43,170 nt of DNA from the IMG/VR virus record IMGVR_UViG_2534682162_000010, one strand, 5' to 3'. This document shows, in pieces, positions 30,415 through 42,500 of this stretch. The position numbers and the translations under genes are program-made. Within the stretch, counting starts at the first letter, position 1. The number at the start of each line of letters is the position of its first letter. The notes beneath the pieces were generated by a model. It made no database searches. It was not told the DNA's origin and worked only from the letters and a program-made list of their open reading frames with translations. The stretch is from a virus (Duplodnaviria; Heunggongvirae; Uroviricota; Caudoviricetes).

Positions 30415-32968
30415 ACCGGTAGGCGATCTGGTCGTTGATTTGAGTCTGGATGCGGCCAGATTTGACGAGCAGATGGCCAGAGTCAGGCGTCATTTTTCCG
30501 GTACGGAAAGTGATGCGAAAAAAACAGCGGCAGTCGTTGAACAGTCGCTGAGCCGACAGGCGCTGGCTGCACAGAAAGCGGGGATTTCCGTCGGGCAGTA
30601 TAAAGCCGCCATGCGTATGCTGCCTGCACAGTTCACCGACGTGGCCACGCAGCTTGCAGGCGGGCAAAGTCCGTGGCTGATCCTGCTGCAACAGGGGGGG
30701 CAGGTGAAGGACTCCTTCGGCGGGATGATCCCCATGTTCAGGGGGCTTGCCGGTGCGATCACCCTGCCGATGGTGGGGGCCACCTCGCTGGCGGTGGCGA
30801 CCGGTGCGCTGGCGTATGCCTGGTATCAGGGCAACTCAACCCTGTCCGATTTCAACAAAACGCTGGTCCTTTCCGGCAATCAGGCGGGACTGACGGCAGA
30901 TCGTATGCTGGTCCTGTCCAGAGCCGGGCAGGCGGCAGGGCTGACGTTTAACCAGACCAGCGAGTCACTCAGCGCACTGGTTAAGGCGGGGGTAAGCGGT
31001 GAGGCTCAGATTGCGTCCATCAGCCAGAGTGTGGCGCGTTTCTCCTCTGCATCCGGCGTGGAGGTGGACAAGGTCGCTGAAGCCTTCGGGAAGCTGACCA
31101 CAGACCCGACGTCGGGGCTGACGGCGATGGCACGCCAGTTCCATAACGTGACGGCGGAGCAGATTGCGTATGTTGCTCAGTTGCAGCGTTCCGGCGATGA
31201 GGCCGGGGCATTGCAGGCGGCGAACGAGGCCGCAACGAAAGGGTTTGATGACCAGACCCGCCGCCTGAAAGAGAACATGGGCACGCTGGAGACCTGGGCA
31301 GACAGGACAGCGCGGGCATTCAAATCCATGTGGGATGCGGTGCTGGATATTGGTCGTCCTGATACCGCGCAGGAGATGCTGATTAAGGCAGAGGCTGCGT
31401 TTAAGAAAGCAGACGACATCTGGAATCTGCGCAAGGATGATTATTTTGTTAACGATGAAGCGCGGGCGCGTTACTGGGATGATCGTGAAAAGGCCCGTCT
31501 TGCGCTTGAAGTCGCCCGAAAGAAGGCTGAGCAGCAGACTCAACAGGACAAAAATGCGCAGCAGCAGAGCGATACCGAAGCGTCACGGCTGAAATATACC
31601 GAAGAGGCGCAGAAGGCTTACGAACGGCTGCAGACGCCGCTGGAGAAATATACCGCCCGTCAGGAAGAACTGAACAAGGCACTGAAAGACGGGAAAATCC
31701 TGCAGGCGGATTACAACACGCTGATGGCGGCGGCGAAAAAGGATTATGAAGCGACGCTGAAAAAGCCGAAACAGTCCGGCGTGAAGGTGTCTGCGGGCGA
31801 TCGTCAGGAAGACAGTGCTCATGCTGCCCTGCTGACGCTTCAGGCAGAACTCCGGACGCTGGAGAAGCATGCCGGAGCGAATGAGAAAATCAGCCAGCAG
31901 CGCCGGGATTTGTGGAAGGCAGAAAGTCAGTTCGCGGTACTGGAGGAGGCGGCACAACGTCGCCAGCTGTCCGCACAGGAGAAATCCCTGCTGGCGCATA
32001 AAGATGAGACGCTGGAGTACAAACGCCAGCTGGCTGCACTTGGCGACAAGGTTACGTATCAGGAGCGCCTGAACGCGCTGGCGCAGCAGGCGGATAAATT
32101 CGCACAGCAGCAACGGGCAAAACGGGCCGCCATTGATGCGAAAAACCGGGGGCTGACTGACCGGCAGGCAGCGCGGGAAGCCACAGAACAGCGTCTGAAG
32201 GAACAGTATGGCGATAATCCGCTGGCGCTGAATAACGTCATGTCAGAGCAGAAAAAGACCTGGGCGGCTGAAGACCAGCTTCGCGGGAACTGGATGGCAG
32301 GCCTGAAGTCCGGCTGGAGTGAGTGGGAAGAGAGCGCCACGGACAGTATGTCGCAGGTAAAAAGTGCAGCCACGCAGACCTTTGATGGTATTGCACAGAA
32401 TATGGCGGCGATGCTGACCGGCAGTGAGCAGAACTGGCGCAGCTTCACCCGTTCCGTGCTGTCCATGATGACAGAAATTCTGCTTAAGCAGGCAATGGTG
32501 GGGATTGTCGGGAGTATCGGCAGCGCCATTGGCGGGGCTGTTGGTGGCGGCGCATCCGCGTCAGGCGGTACAGCCATTCAGGCCGCTGCGGCGAAATTCC
32601 ATTTTGCAACCGGAGGATTTACGGGAACCGGCGGCAAATATGAGCCAGCGGGGATTGTTCACCGTGGTGAGTTTGTCTTCACGAAGGAGGCAACCAGCCG
32701 GATTGGCGTGGGGAATCTTTACCGGCTGATGCGCGGCTATGCCACCGGCGGTTATGTCGGTACACCGGGCAGTCTGGCTGACAGCCGGTCGCAGGCGTCC
32801 GGGACGTTTGAGCAGAATAACCATGTGGTGATTAACAACGACGGCACGAACGGGCAGATAGGTCCGGCTGCTCTGAAGGCGGTGTATGACATGGCCCGCA
32901 AGGGTGCCCGTGATGAAATTCAGACACAGATGCGTGATGGTGGCCTGTTCTCCGGAGGTGGACGATGA
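30407..32968 (+). CDS. H: Tail tape measure protein H
   Basis: 853-aa, largely alpha-helical Ala/Gln-rich protein in lambda order; translation matches lambda gpH. Confidence 0.95.
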   Translation: MAEPVGDLVVDLSLDAARFDEQMARVRRHFSGTESDAKKTAAVVEQSLSRQALAAQKAGISVGQYKAAMRMLPAQFTDVATQLAGGQSPWLILLQQGGQVKDSFGGMIPMFRGLAGAITLPMVGATSLAVATGALAYAWYQGNSTLSDFNKTLVLSGNQAGLTADRMLVLSRAGQAAGLTFNQTSESLSALVKAGVSGEAQIASISQSVARFSSASGVEVDKVAEAFGKLTTDPTSGLTAMARQFHNVTAEQIAYVAQLQRSGDEAGALQAANEAATKGFDDQTRRLKENMGTLETWADRTARAFKSMWDAVLDIGRPDTAQEMLIKAEAAFKKADDIWNLRKDDYFVNDEARARYWDDREKARLALEVARKKAEQQTQQDKNAQQQSDTEASRLKYTEEAQKAYERLQTPLEKYTARQEELNKALKDGKILQADYNTLMAAAKKDYEATLKKPKQSGVKVSAGDRQEDSAHAALLTLQAELRTLEKHAGANEKISQQRRDLWKAESQFAVLEEAAQRRQLSAQEKSLLAHKDETLEYKRQLAALGDKVTYQERLNALAQQADKFAQQQRAKRAAIDAKNRGLTDRQAAREATEQRLKEQYGDNPLALNNVMSEQKKTWAAEDQLRGNWMAGLKSGWSEWEESATDSMSQVKSAATQTFDGIAQNMAAMLTGSEQNWRSFTRSVLSMMTEILLKQAMVGIVGSIGSAIGGAVGGGASASGGTAIQAAAAKFHFATGGFTGTGGKYEPAGIVHRGEFVFTKEATSRIGVGNLYRLMRGYATGGYVGTPGSLADSRSQASGTFEQNNHVVINNDGTNGQIGPAALKAVYDMARKGARDEIQTQMRDGGLFSGGGR

Positions 32969-33294
32969 AAACCTTCCGCTGGAAAGTGAAACCCGGTATG
33001 GATGTGGCTTCGGCCCCTTCTGTAAGAAAGGTGCGCTTTGGTGATGGCTATTCCCAGCGAGCGCCTGCCGGGCTGAATGCCAACCTGAAAACGTACAGCG
33101 TGACGCTTTCTGTCCCCCGTGAGGAGGCCACGGTACTGGAGTCGTTTCTGGAAGAGCACGGTGGCTGGAAAGCCTTTCTGTGGACGCCGCCTTATGAGTG
33201 GCGGCAGATAAAGGTGACCTGCGCAAAATGGTCGTCGCGGGTCAGTATGCTGCGTGTTGAGTTCAGCGCAGAGTTTGAACAGGTGGTGAACTGA
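32965..33294 (+). CDS. M: Tail tip protein M
   Basis: 109-aa translation MKTFRWKVKPGMDVASAPSVRKVRFGDGYSQRAPAGLNANLKTYSVTLSV... matches lambda gpM. Confidence 0.94.
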   Translation: MKTFRWKVKPGMDVASAPSVRKVRFGDGYSQRAPAGLNANLKTYSVTLSVPREEATVLESFLEEHGGWKAFLWTPPYEWRQIKVTCAKWSSRVSMLRVEFSAEFEQVVN

Positions 33295-33992
33295 TGCAGG
33301 ATATCCGGCAGGAAACACTGAATGAATGCACCCGTGCGGAGCAGTCGGCCAGCGTGGTGCTCTGGGAAATCGATCTGACAGAGGTCGGTGGAGAACGTTA
33401 TTTTTTCTGTAATGAGCAGAACGAAAAAGGTGAGCCGGTCACCTGGCAGGGGCGACAGTATCAGCCGTATCCCATTCAGGGGAGTGGTTTTGAACTGAAT
33501 GGCAAAGGCACCAGTACGCGCCCCACGCTGACGGTTTCTAACCTGTACGGTATGGTCACCGGGATGGCGGAAGATCTGCAGAGTCTGGTCGGCGGAACGG
33601 TGGTCCGGCGTAAGGTTTACGCCCGTTTTCTGGATGCGGTGAACTTCGTCAACGGAAACAGTGACGCCGATCCGGAGCAGGAGGTGATCAGCCGCTGGCG
33701 CATCGAGCAGTGCAGCGAACTGAGCGCGGTGAGTGCCTCCTTTGTACTGTCCACGCCGACGGAAACGGATGGCGCTGTTTTTCCGGGACGTATCATGCTG
33801 GCCAACACCTGCACCTGGACCTATCGCGGTGACGAGTGCGGTTATAGCGGTCCGGCTGTCGCGGATGAATATGACCAGCCGACGTCCGATATCACGAAGG
33901 ATAAATGCAGCAAATGCCTGAGTGGCTGTAAGTTTCGCAATAACGTCGGCAACTTTGGCGGCTTCCTTTCCATTAACAAACTTTCGCAGTAA
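33294..33992 (+). CDS. L: Tail tip protein L
   Basis: 232-aa translation MQDIRQETLNECTRAEQSASVVLWEIDLTEVGGERYFFCNEQNEKGEPVTWQGRQYQPYPIQGSGF... matches lambda gpL. Confidence 0.94.
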   Translation: MQDIRQETLNECTRAEQSASVVLWEIDLTEVGGERYFFCNEQNEKGEPVTWQGRQYQPYPIQGSGFELNGKGTSTRPTLTVSNLYGMVTGMAEDLQSLVGGTVVRRKVYARFLDAVNFVNGNSDADPEQEVISRWRIEQCSELSAVSASFVLSTPTETDGAVFPGRIMLANTCTWTYRGDECGYSGPAVADEYDQPTSDITKDKCSKCLSGCKFRNNVGNFGGFLSINKLSQ

Positions 33993-33996
33993 TCCC

Positions 33997-34740
33997 ATGA
34001 CAGAGACAGAATCAGCGATTCTGGCGCACGCCCGGCGATGTGCGCCAGCGGAGTCGTGCGGCTTCGTGGTGAGAGCGCCGGAGGGGGAAAGATATTTTCC
34101 CTGCGTGAATATTTCCGGTGAGCCGGAGGATTATTTCCGGATGGCTCCGGAGGACTGGCTGCAGGCAGAGATGCAGGGTGAGATTGTGGCACTGGTCCAC
34201 AGTCATCCCGGTGGTCTGCCCTGGCTGAGTGAGGCTGACCGGCGGCTGCAGGTGCAGAGTGATTTGCCGTGGTGGCTGGTCTGCCGGGGGGCGATTCACA
34301 AGTTCCGCTGTGTGCCGCATCTCACCGGGCGTCGCTTTGAGCACGGGGTGACGGACTGTTACACGCTGTTCCGGGATGCTTATCATTTGGTGGGGATTGA
34401 GATGCAGGATTTTCATCGCGGGGATGACTGGTGGCGTAACGGTCAGAATCTCTATCTTGACAATATGGAGGCGACTGGTTTTTACCGTGTCGCACTGACA
34501 GAGGCGCAGCCTGGCGACGTGCTGCTGTGCTGCTTTGGTTCATCGGTGCCGAATCATGCCGCCATTTACTGTGGTGACGGCGAGCTGCTGCACCATATTC
34601 CTGAACAACTGAGCAAACGAGAGAGGTATACCGACAAATGGCAGCGACGCACACACTCCCTCTGGCGTCACCGGGCATGGCGCGCATCTGCCTTTACGGG
34701 GATTTACAACGATTTGGCCGCCGCATCGACCTTCGTGTGA
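33997..34740 (+). CDS. K: Tail tip assembly protein K (JAB/MPN + NlpC/P60-like)
   Basis: From the ATG at 33997: MTETESAILAHARRCAPAESCGFVV...HSHPGG...; exact start uncertain; overlaps I. Confidence 0.9.
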   Translation: MTETESAILAHARRCAPAESCGFVVRAPEGERYFPCVNISGEPEDYFRMAPEDWLQAEMQGEIVALVHSHPGGLPWLSEADRRLQVQSDLPWWLVCRGAIHKFRCVPHLTGRRFEHGVTDCYTLFRDAYHLVGIEMQDFHRGDDWWRNGQNLYLDNMEATGFYRVALTEAQPGDVLLCCFGSSVPNHAAIYCGDGELLHHIPEQLSKRERYTDKWQRRTHSLWRHRAWRASAFTGIYNDLAAASTFV

Positions 34741-35309
34741 AAACGGGGGCTGAAGCCATTCGGGCGCTGGCCACACAGCTCCCGGCGTTTCGTCAGAAAC
34801 TGAGCGACGGCTGGTATCAGGTACGGATTTCCGGGCGGGACGTCAGCACGTCCGGATTGACGGCGCAGTTACATGAGGTTCTGCCTGACGGCGCTGTGAT
34901 TCATATTGTTCCCAGAGTCGCCGGGGCCAAGTCAGGGGGCGTATTCCAGATTGTTCTGGGGGCTGCCGCCATTGCCGGATCATTCTTTACTGCCGGAGCC
35001 ACCCTTGCAGCATGGGGGGCAGCCATTGGGGCCGGTGGTATGACCGGTATCCTGTTTTCTCTCGGTGCCAGTATGGTACTTGGTGGTGTGGCGCAGATGC
35101 TGGCACCGAAAGCCAGAACTCCCCGTACACAGACAACGGATAACGGTAAGCAGAACACCTATTTCTCCTCACTGGATAACATGGTTGCCCAGGGCAATGT
35201 TCTGCCTGTTCTGTACGGTGAAATGCGCGTGGGGTCGCGGGTGGCTTCTCAGGAGATCAGCACGGCAGACGAAGGGGATGGTGGTCAGGTTGTGGTGATT
35301 GGTCGTTGA
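34638..35309 (+). CDS. I: Tail tip assembly protein I
   Basis: 223-aa translation MAATHTLPLASPGMARICLYGDLQRFGRRIDLRVKTGAEAIRALATQLPAFRQKLSDGWYQVRI... matches lambda gpI. Confidence 0.94.
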   Translation: MAATHTLPLASPGMARICLYGDLQRFGRRIDLRVKTGAEAIRALATQLPAFRQKLSDGWYQVRISGRDVSTSGLTAQLHEVLPDGAVIHIVPRVAGAKSGGVFQIVLGAAAIAGSFFTAGATLAAWGAAIGAGGMTGILFSLGASMVLGGVAQMLAPKARTPRTQTTDNGKQNTYFSSLDNMVAQGNVLPVLYGEMRVGSRVASQEISTADEGDGGQVVVIGR

Positions 35310-35369
35310 TGAAAAACGTTTTATGTGAAACCGCCTCCGGGCGGTTTTGTCGTTTCTGGAGCGTGAGGA

Positions 35370-38300
35370 ATGGGTAAAGGCAGCAGTAAGGGGCATACCC
35401 CGCGCGAAGCGAAGGACAACCTGAAATCATCCCAGATGCTGAGCGTGATAGACGCCATCAGTGAAGGGCCGATTGAAGGTCCGGTGGACGGATTAAAAAG
35501 TGTGCTGCTGAACAGTACGCCAGTGCTGGACAGTGAGGGGAATACCAATATCTCCGGTGTCACGGTGGTGTTCCGGGCAGGTGAGCAGGAGCAGACACCG
35601 CCGGAGGGATTTGAATCCTCCGGATCCGAGACGGTGCTGGGTACGGAAGTGAAGTACGACACGCCGATTACCCGGACCATCACGTCTGCAAACATCGACC
35701 GTCTGCGCTTTACCTTCGGTGTGCAGGCACTGGTGGAAACCACCTCAAAGGGGGACCGGAATCCGTCGGAAGTCCGCCTGCTGGTTCAGATACAACGTAA
35801 CGGTGGCTGGGTGACGGAAAAAGACATCACCATTAAGGGAAAAACCACCTCACAGTATCTGGCCTCGGTGGTGGTGGGTAACCTGCCGCCGCGCCCGTTT
35901 AATATCCGGATGCGCAGGATGACGCCGGACAGCACTACAGACCAGCAGCAGAACAAAACGCTCTGGTCGTCATACACCGAAATCATCGATGTGAAACAGT
36001 GCTACCCGAATACGGCACTGGTCGGCGTTCAGGTGGACTCGGAGCAGTTCGGCAGCCAGCAGGTGAGCCGTAATTATCATCTTCGCGGGCGTATTCTGCA
36101 GGTGCCGTCGAACTATAACCCGCAGACGCGACAATACAGCGGTATCTGGGACGGGACGTTTAAACCGGCATACAGCAACAGCATGGCATGGTGTCTGTGG
36201 GATATGCTGACCCATCCGCGCTACGGCATGGGGAAACGTCTTGGTGCGGCGGATGTGGACAAATGGGCGCTGTATGTCATCGGCCAGTATTGCGACCAGT
36301 CGGTGCCGGATGGTTTTGGTGGCACGGAGCCGCGCATCACCTGTAACGCTTACCTGACCACACAGCGTAAGGCGTGGGATGTTCTCAGTGATTTCTGCTC
36401 GGCGATGCGCTGTATGCCGGTATGGAACGGGCAGACGCTGACGTTCGTGCAGGACCGACCGTCGGATAAGGTGTGGACCTATAACCGCAGTAATGTGGTG
36501 ATGCCGGATGATGGCGCGCCGTTCCGCTACAGTTTCAGCGCCCTGAAGGACCGCCATAATGCCGTTGAGGTGAACTGGATTGACCCGAATAACGGCTGGG
36601 AAACGGCAACAGAGCTTGTGGAGGATACGCAGGCCATTGCCCGTTACGGTCGTAACGTCACGAAGATGGATGCCTTTGGCTGTACCAGCCGGGGGCAGGC
36701 GCACCGTGCCGGGCTGTGGCTGATAAAAACGGAGCTGCTGGAGACGCAGACCGTGGACTTCAGTGTGGGCGCAGAAGGGCTTCGCCATGTACCGGGCGAT
36801 GTTATTGAAATCTGTGATGATGACTATGCGGGTATCAGCATCGGTGGCCGCGTGCTGGCGGTGAACAGCCAGACACGGACGTTGACGCTCGACCGTGAAA
36901 TCACGCTGCCATCCTCCGGTACTACGCTGATAAGCCTGGTTGACGGAAGTGGCAATCCGGTCAGCGTGGAGGTCCAGTCCGTCACCGAAGGCGTGAAGGT
37001 AAAAGTGAGCCGTGTTCCTGACGGCGTTGCAGAATGCAGCGTGTGGGGGCTGAAGTTGCCGACGTTGCGCCAGCGCCTGTTCCGCTGCGTGAGTATCCGT
37101 GAGAACGACGACGGCACGTACGCTGTCACTGCCGTGCAGCATGTGCCTGAAAAAGAGGCCATCGTGGATAACGGGGCGCACTTTGACGGCGACCAGAGCG
37201 GCACGGTGAATGGCGTTACTCCGCCAGCGGTGCAGCACCTGACCGCCGAAGTCACCGTAGACAGCGGGGAATATCAGGTGCTGGCGCGCTGGGACACGCC
37301 GAAGGTGGTGAAGGGCGTGAGCTTCCTGCTTCGCCTGACCGTGGCAGCGGATGACGGCAGTGAGCGGCTGGTCAGCACGGCCCGGACGACGGAAACAACA
37401 TACCGCTTCAGGCAGCTGGCGCTGGGGAACTACAGGCTGACAGTCCGGGCAGTAAATGCCTGGGGGCAGCAGGGAGACCCAGCGTCGGTATCGTTCCGGA
37501 TTGCCGCACCGGCAGCGCCGTCACAGATTGAGCTGACGCCGGGCTATTTTCAGATAACTGCCACGCCGCATCTTGCGGTTTATGATCCGACGGTACAGTT
37601 TGAGTTCTGGTTCTCGGAAACGCGGATTACCGATATCAGGCAGGTTGAAACCACAGCCCGCTACCTTGGCACGGGGCTGTACTGGATAGCCGCCAGTATC
37701 AATATCAAACCGGGCCATGATTATTACTTTTATATCCGCAGTGTGAACACCGTTGGCAAATCGGCATTCGTGGAGGCCGTCGGTCGGGCGAGCGATGATG
37801 CGGAAGGTTACCTGGATTTTTTCAAAGGCAAGATAACCGAATCCCATCTCGGTAAAGAGCTGCTGGAAAAAGTCGATCTGACGGAGGATAACGCCAGCAG
37901 ACTGGATGAGTTTTCGAAAGAGTGGAAGGATGCCAACGATAAATGGAATGCCATGTGGGCTGTCAAAATTGAGCAGACCAAAGACGGCAAACATTATGTC
38001 GCGGGTATTGGCCTCAGTATGGAGGACACGGAGGAAGGCAAACTGAGTCAGTTTCTGGTTGCCGCTAACCGTATCGCGTTTATTGACCCGGCAAACGGGA
38101 ATGAAACGCCGATGTTTGTGGCGCAGGGCAACCAGATATTCATGAACGACGTGTTCCTGAAACGCCTGACGGCACCCACCATTACCAGCGGTGGCAGTCC
38201 TCCGGTATTTTCCCTGACATCAGACGGAAAGCTGACCGCTAAAAATGCGGATATCAGTGGCAGTGTGAATGCGAACTCCGGGACGCTCAACAATGTCACG

Positions 38301-38783
38301 ATAAATGAAAACTGTACGATTAAGGGCATGCTGGAGGCGACCCAGGTCAGAGGGGATTTCGTTAAAGCTGTATCAAAAGCCTTCCCGAAAAAAGTCGGTA
38401 CGTGGGGTAACACGGAAACACCAAACGGTACGGTTACAGTCACCATCAGCGATGATCATAACTTTGACCGCCAGATTATTATTCCGCCCATTATTTTTAA
38501 CGGTATAGCGTATGACGATCCGGGGAGCGGAAATAACCCAGGAGGCACGCGATACACGGGTTATGGTTTTGAAGTTCGCAAAAACGGCGTATTAATCGCA
38601 TCCAGAGAAACTAAAGGGGCCATTCCCGGTAGTTACAGTGCGGTTATTGATATGCCGAGTGGCAGGGGAAGCGTCACTCTGGAGTTTAAGATTTTCCAGA
38701 AAGGCAATCAGGGGGCAGGGAATATCACCGATTGTACAGTGATTGTGACCAAAAAAGCGGCTTCCGGTATCAGTATTCGTTGA
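35370..38783 (+). CDS. J: Central tail fibre / host-specificity protein J
   Basis: 1137-aa [57 protein letters not shown]... matching lambda gpJ along its length. Confidence 0.95.
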   Translation: MGKGSSKGHTPREAKDNLKSSQMLSVIDAISEGPIEGPVDGLKSVLLNSTPVLDSEGNTNISGVTVVFRAGEQEQTPPEGFESSGSETVLGTEVKYDTPITRTITSANIDRLRFTFGVQALVETTSKGDRNPSEVRLLVQIQRNGGWVTEKDITIKGKTTSQYLASVVVGNLPPRPFNIRMRRMTPDSTTDQQQNKTLWSSYTEIIDVKQCYPNTALVGVQVDSEQFGSQQVSRNYHLRGRILQVPSNYNPQTRQYSGIWDGTFKPAYSNSMAWCLWDMLTHPRYGMGKRLGAADVDKWALYVIGQYCDQSVPDGFGGTEPRITCNAYLTTQRKAWDVLSDFCSAMRCMPVWNGQTLTFVQDRPSDKVWTYNRSNVVMPDDGAPFRYSFSALKDRHNAVEVNWIDPNNGWETATELVEDTQAIARYGRNVTKMDAFGCTSRGQAHRAGLWLIKTELLETQTVDFSVGAEGLRHVPGDVIEICDDDYAGISIGGRVLAVNSQTRTLTLDREITLPSSGTTLISLVDGSGNPVSVEVQSVTEGVKVKVSRVPDGVAECSVWGLKLPTLRQRLFRCVSIRENDDGTYAVTAVQHVPEKEAIVDNGAHFDGDQSGTVNGVTPPAVQHLTAEVTVDSGEYQVLARWDTPKVVKGVSFLLRLTVAADDGSERLVSTARTTETTYRFRQLALGNYRLTVRAVNAWGQQGDPASVSFRIAAPAAPSQIELTPGYFQITATPHLAVYDPTVQFEFWFSETRITDIRQVETTARYLGTGLYWIAASINIKPGHDYYFYIRSVNTVGKSAFVEAVGRASDDAEGYLDFFKGKITESHLGKELLEKVDLTEDNASRLDEFSKEWKDANDKWNAMWAVKIEQTKDGKHYVAGIGLSMEDTEEGKLSQFLVAANRIAFIDPANGNETPMFVAQGNQIFMNDVFLKRLTAPTITSGGSPPVFSLTSDGKLTAKNADISGSVNANSGTLNNVTINENCTIKGMLEATQVRGDFVKAVSKAFPKKVGTWGNTETPNGTVTVTISDDHNFDRQIIIPPIIFNGIAYDDPGSGNNPGGTRYTGYGFEVRKNGVLIASRETKGAIPGSYSAVIDMPSGRGSVTLEFKIFQKGNQGAGNITDCTVIVTKKAASGISIR

Positions 38784-38804
38784 AATATTTATAACCCCAA
38801 TAAA

Positions 38805-38830
38805 TGGCGTCAGGAATGACGCCTTTTTTA
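38805..38830 (+). terminator. Intrinsic terminator after J
   Basis: GGCGTCAggaaTGACGCC stem-loop followed by TTTTTTATTG. Confidence 0.65.
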
Positions 38831-38853
38831 TTGCAGAAAAGCGAGAGGTAATT

Positions 38854-39453
38854 ATGCGTAAAGTTTGTGCAGCCATTTTGTCCGCAGCCATTTGTCTGGC
38901 CGTATTCGGTGCGCCTGCATGGGCATCTGAACATCAGTCCACGCTGAGCGCGGGGTATCTTCATGCCTTGACGAACGTTCCCGGCAGCGATGATCTTAAC
39001 GGGATTAACGTGAAATACCGTTATGAGTTTACGGACACACTGGGGCTGGTGACGTCATTCAGCTATGCAGGAGACAAGAATCGCCAGCTGACCCGTTACA
39101 GCGATACCCGCTGGCATGAAGATTCCGTGCGTAACCGCTGGTTCAGCGTGATGGCGGGGCCGTCTGTGCGCGTGAATGAATTGTTCAGCGCGTATGCGAT
39201 GGCGGGTGTGTCTTACAGCCGTGTGTCGACTTTCTCCGGAGATTATCTGCAGGTGACCGACAACAAGGGGAAAACGCATGATGTGCTGACCGGAAGTGAT
39301 GACGGTCGCCACAGCAACATGTCTCTGGCGTGGGGGACTGGCGTGCAGTTTAACCCGACCGAATCCGTGGCCATTGATGTCGCTTATGAAGGTTCCGGCA
39401 GTGGTGACTGGCGCACTGACGGTTTCATCGTGGGTGTCGGTTATAAATTCTGA
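38854..39453 (+). CDS. lom: Lom outer-membrane protein (Ail/Lom family moron)
   Basis: 199 aa with signal peptide MRKVCAAILSAAICLAVFGAPAWA and terminal ...GFIVGVGYKF beta-barrel signature; matches lambda Lom. Confidence 0.93.
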   Translation: MRKVCAAILSAAICLAVFGAPAWASEHQSTLSAGYLHALTNVPGSDDLNGINVKYRYEFTDTLGLVTSFSYAGDKNRQLTRYSDTRWHEDSVRNRWFSVMAGPSVRVNELFSAYAMAGVSYSRVSTFSGDYLQVTDNKGKTHDVLTGSDDGRHSNMSLAWGTGVQFNPTESVAIDVAYEGSGSGDWRTDGFIVGVGYKF

Positions 39454-39480
39454 TTAGCCAGGTAACACAGTGTTATGACA

Positions 39481-39507
39481 GCCCGCCGGTTCAGGCGGGC
39501 TTTTTTG
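39481..39507 (+). terminator. Intrinsic terminator after lom
   Basis: GCCCGCCggttcaGGCGGGC followed by TTTTTTG. Confidence 0.7.
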
Positions 39508-39517
39508 TGGGGTGAAT

Positions 39518-42500
39518 ATGGCAGTAAAGATTTCAGGTGTACTGAAAGACGGCACAGGAAAACCGGTACAGAACTGCACAATCCAGCTGAAAGCAAAACG
39601 TAACAGTACCACTGTGGTGGTGAACACGCTGGCCTCAGAAAATCCGGATGAAGCCGGGCGTTACAGCATGGACGTTGAGTACGGTCAGTATAGCGTTATT
39701 CTGTTGGTGGAGGGATTCCCGCCGTCACATGCCGGGACCATCACCGTGTATGAAGATTCTCAACCCGGTACGCTGAATGATTTTCTCGGTGCCATGACGG
39801 AGGATGATGCCCGTCCGGAGGCTCTGCGACGTTTTGAACTGATGGTGGAAGAGGTGGCGCGTAACGCGTCCGCGGTGGCACAGAACACAGCAGCCGCGAA
39901 GAAGTCAGCCAGCGATGCCAGCACATCAGCCCGTGAGGCGGCAACCCATGCGACTGATGCTGCAGGCTCAGCACGCGCAGCCAGCACGTCAGCCGGACAG
40001 GCCGCGTCGTCGGCTCAGTCAGCGTCTTCCAGCGCAGGAACGGCATCAGCAAAGGCCACTGAAGCATCAAAAAGTGCTGCCGCTGCAGAGTCCTCAAAAA
40101 GCGCGGCGGCCACCAGTGCCGGTGCCGCGAAAACGTCTGAAACGAATGCTGCAGCGTCACAACAATCAGCAGCCACTTCTGCATCCACCGCGACCACGAA
40201 AGCGTCAGAAGCTGCCACCTCAGCCCGGGATGCGTCGGCTTCAAAAGAGGCGGCAAAATCATCAGAAACGAGCGCAGCCTCGAGCGCCAGTAGTGCAGCT
40301 TCCTCGGCTACGGCGGCAGGAAATTCCGCGAAGGCGGCAAAAACGTCCGAGACGAACGCCAGGTCTTCTGAAACGGCAGCGGAACAGAGTGCCTCCGCAG
40401 CAGCAGACTCAAAAACAGCGGCTGCATCATCTGCCAGCGCCGCGTCAACAAGTGCCGGGCAGGCCTCAGCCAGTGCCACCGCTGCCGGAAAGTCGGCAGA
40501 AAGTGCCGCATCGTCTGCTTCAACAGCCACAACGAAGGCTGGCGAAGCCACTGAACAGGCCAGCGCAGCAGCGAGTTCTGCTTCCGCAGCGAAGACATCC
40601 GAAACGAACGCGAAAGCGTCGGAAACCCGTGCAGAATCCTCAAAAACGGCTGCCGCATCGTCAGCCAGTTCGGCGGCGTCATCGGCCTCATCGGCGTCTG
40701 CTTCAAAAGATGAGGCGACCAGACAAGCGTCAGCAGCGAAGAGTAGCGCCACGACGGCATCCACGAAGGCGACAGAGGCAGCTGGCAGTGCGACGGCGGC
40801 AGCTCAGAGCAAAAGTACGGCGGAATCCGCGGCAACGCGCGCCGAGACAGCGGCAAAACGGGCAGAGGATATTGCATCCGCCGTGGCGCTTGAGGATGCG
40901 AGCACGACGAAAAAGGGGATAGTACAGCTCAGCAGTGCGACCAACAGCACTTCCGAGTCACAGGCGGCAACGCCAAAAGCCGTTAAGGCCGCGTATGACC
41001 TGGCTAACGGGAAATACACCGCACAGGATGCAACGACAGCACAGAAAGGGATAATCCAGCTAAGCAGCGCGACCAACAGCACATCTGAAACGCTTGCCGC
41101 GACACCAAAGGCAGTAAAAACAGCCTATGACAATGCTGAGAAACGTCTGCAGAAAGATCAGAACGGTGCGGATATCCCTGGCAAAGACACCTTTACGAAA
41201 AATATTGGTGCCTGCCGTGCCTTCGGTGGGTCAGTAAGCACAATAACAGGAAACTGGACGACTGCACAGTTTATCGAGTGGCTGGATTCTCAGGGAGCAT
41301 TTAACCATCCCTACTGGATGTGCAAGGGTTCCTGGTCTTATGGCAATAATAAAATCATTACTGATACTGACTGCGGTAATATTCATCTCGCCGGAGCTGT
41401 CATTGAAGTAATGGGGATAAAGTCAGCGATGACGATCCGCATTACCACACCGACCACCTCCACTGGTGGTGGAACAACTAACGCCCAGTTTACCTATATT
41501 AATCACGGAACAGATTATTCACCTGGCTGGCGAAGGGACTATAACTCCAGAAATAAGCCAACGGCATCAGAGATCGGGGCGTTACCGTCAGGTGGAACAG
41601 CAGTATCATCAGTTAATCTGGCTTCAAAAGGTCGGGTAACCGCGCTGACAGACAATACGCAGGGGGCAACAGGTCTTGAGTTATACGAGGTGTATAACAA
41701 CGGATATCCAACAGCGTATGGAAATATCATTCACCTGAAAGGGATGACAGCCGTTGGCGAAGGTGAGTTACTCATCGGCTGGAGTGGTACAAGCGGTGCT
41801 CATGCTCCGGCATTTATTCGTTCACGACGGGATACGACCGACGCAAACTGGTCGCCGTGGGCGCAGCTTTACACCTCGGCTCATCCTCCTGCAGAGTTTT
41901 ATCCAGTCGGTGCACCAATCCCGTGGCCATCAGATACCGTTCCGTCTGGTTATGCCCTGATGCAGGGGCAGACTTTTGACAAATCTGCCTACCCGAAACT
42001 TGCAGCCGCTTATCCGTCAGGCGTGATCCCTGATATGCGTGGCTGGACGATTAAGGGCAAACCTGCCAGTGGTCGAGCCGTATTATCTCAGGAACAGGAC
42101 GGCATTAAATCGCACACCCACAGCGCCAGCGCATCCAGTACGGATTTGGGGACGAAAACCACATCGTCGTTTGATTACGGCACTAAATCCACGAATAACA
42201 CTGGTGCGCATACCCATAGTTTAAGTGGCAGCACGAATGCAGCTGGTAATCACAGCCATAGAGATGGCCGTCGATTTAACCCCAGTGTTTTTAAAGATAC
42301 TTATCAATATGGTTATACAAGCTCAGGTCAAAATACTTGGGGTGTACAAGGCTCAGTAGGTATGTCTACGGGGTGGTTAGCTAATACCAGTACAGATGGT
42401 AATCATAGCCACTCACTGTCCGGCACAGCAGCATCTGCAGGTGCACACGCACATACTGTCGGTATTGGTGCACACACGCACTCCGTTGCGATTGGTTCAC

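Noticed and set aside
35970-37238. 422-aa ORF antisense to J, and similar long antisense or alternative-frame ORFs inside A (20639-21406), the portal gene, H (30965-33226) and other late genes
   Set aside because: They lie wholly inside well-supported lambda-like genes on the opposite strand or another frame, have Arg/Pro/His-rich compositions typical of GC-rich antisense frames, and have no start context.
39915-40922. 335-aa Arg/Pro-rich ORF (+) and 249-aa Ala/Asp-rich ORF (40015-40764, -) in the stf repeat region
   Set aside because: Frame artefacts of the repetitive GC-rich DNA encoding the Ala/Ser-rich fibre shaft; the stf frame is continuous and matches lambda Stf at both ends.
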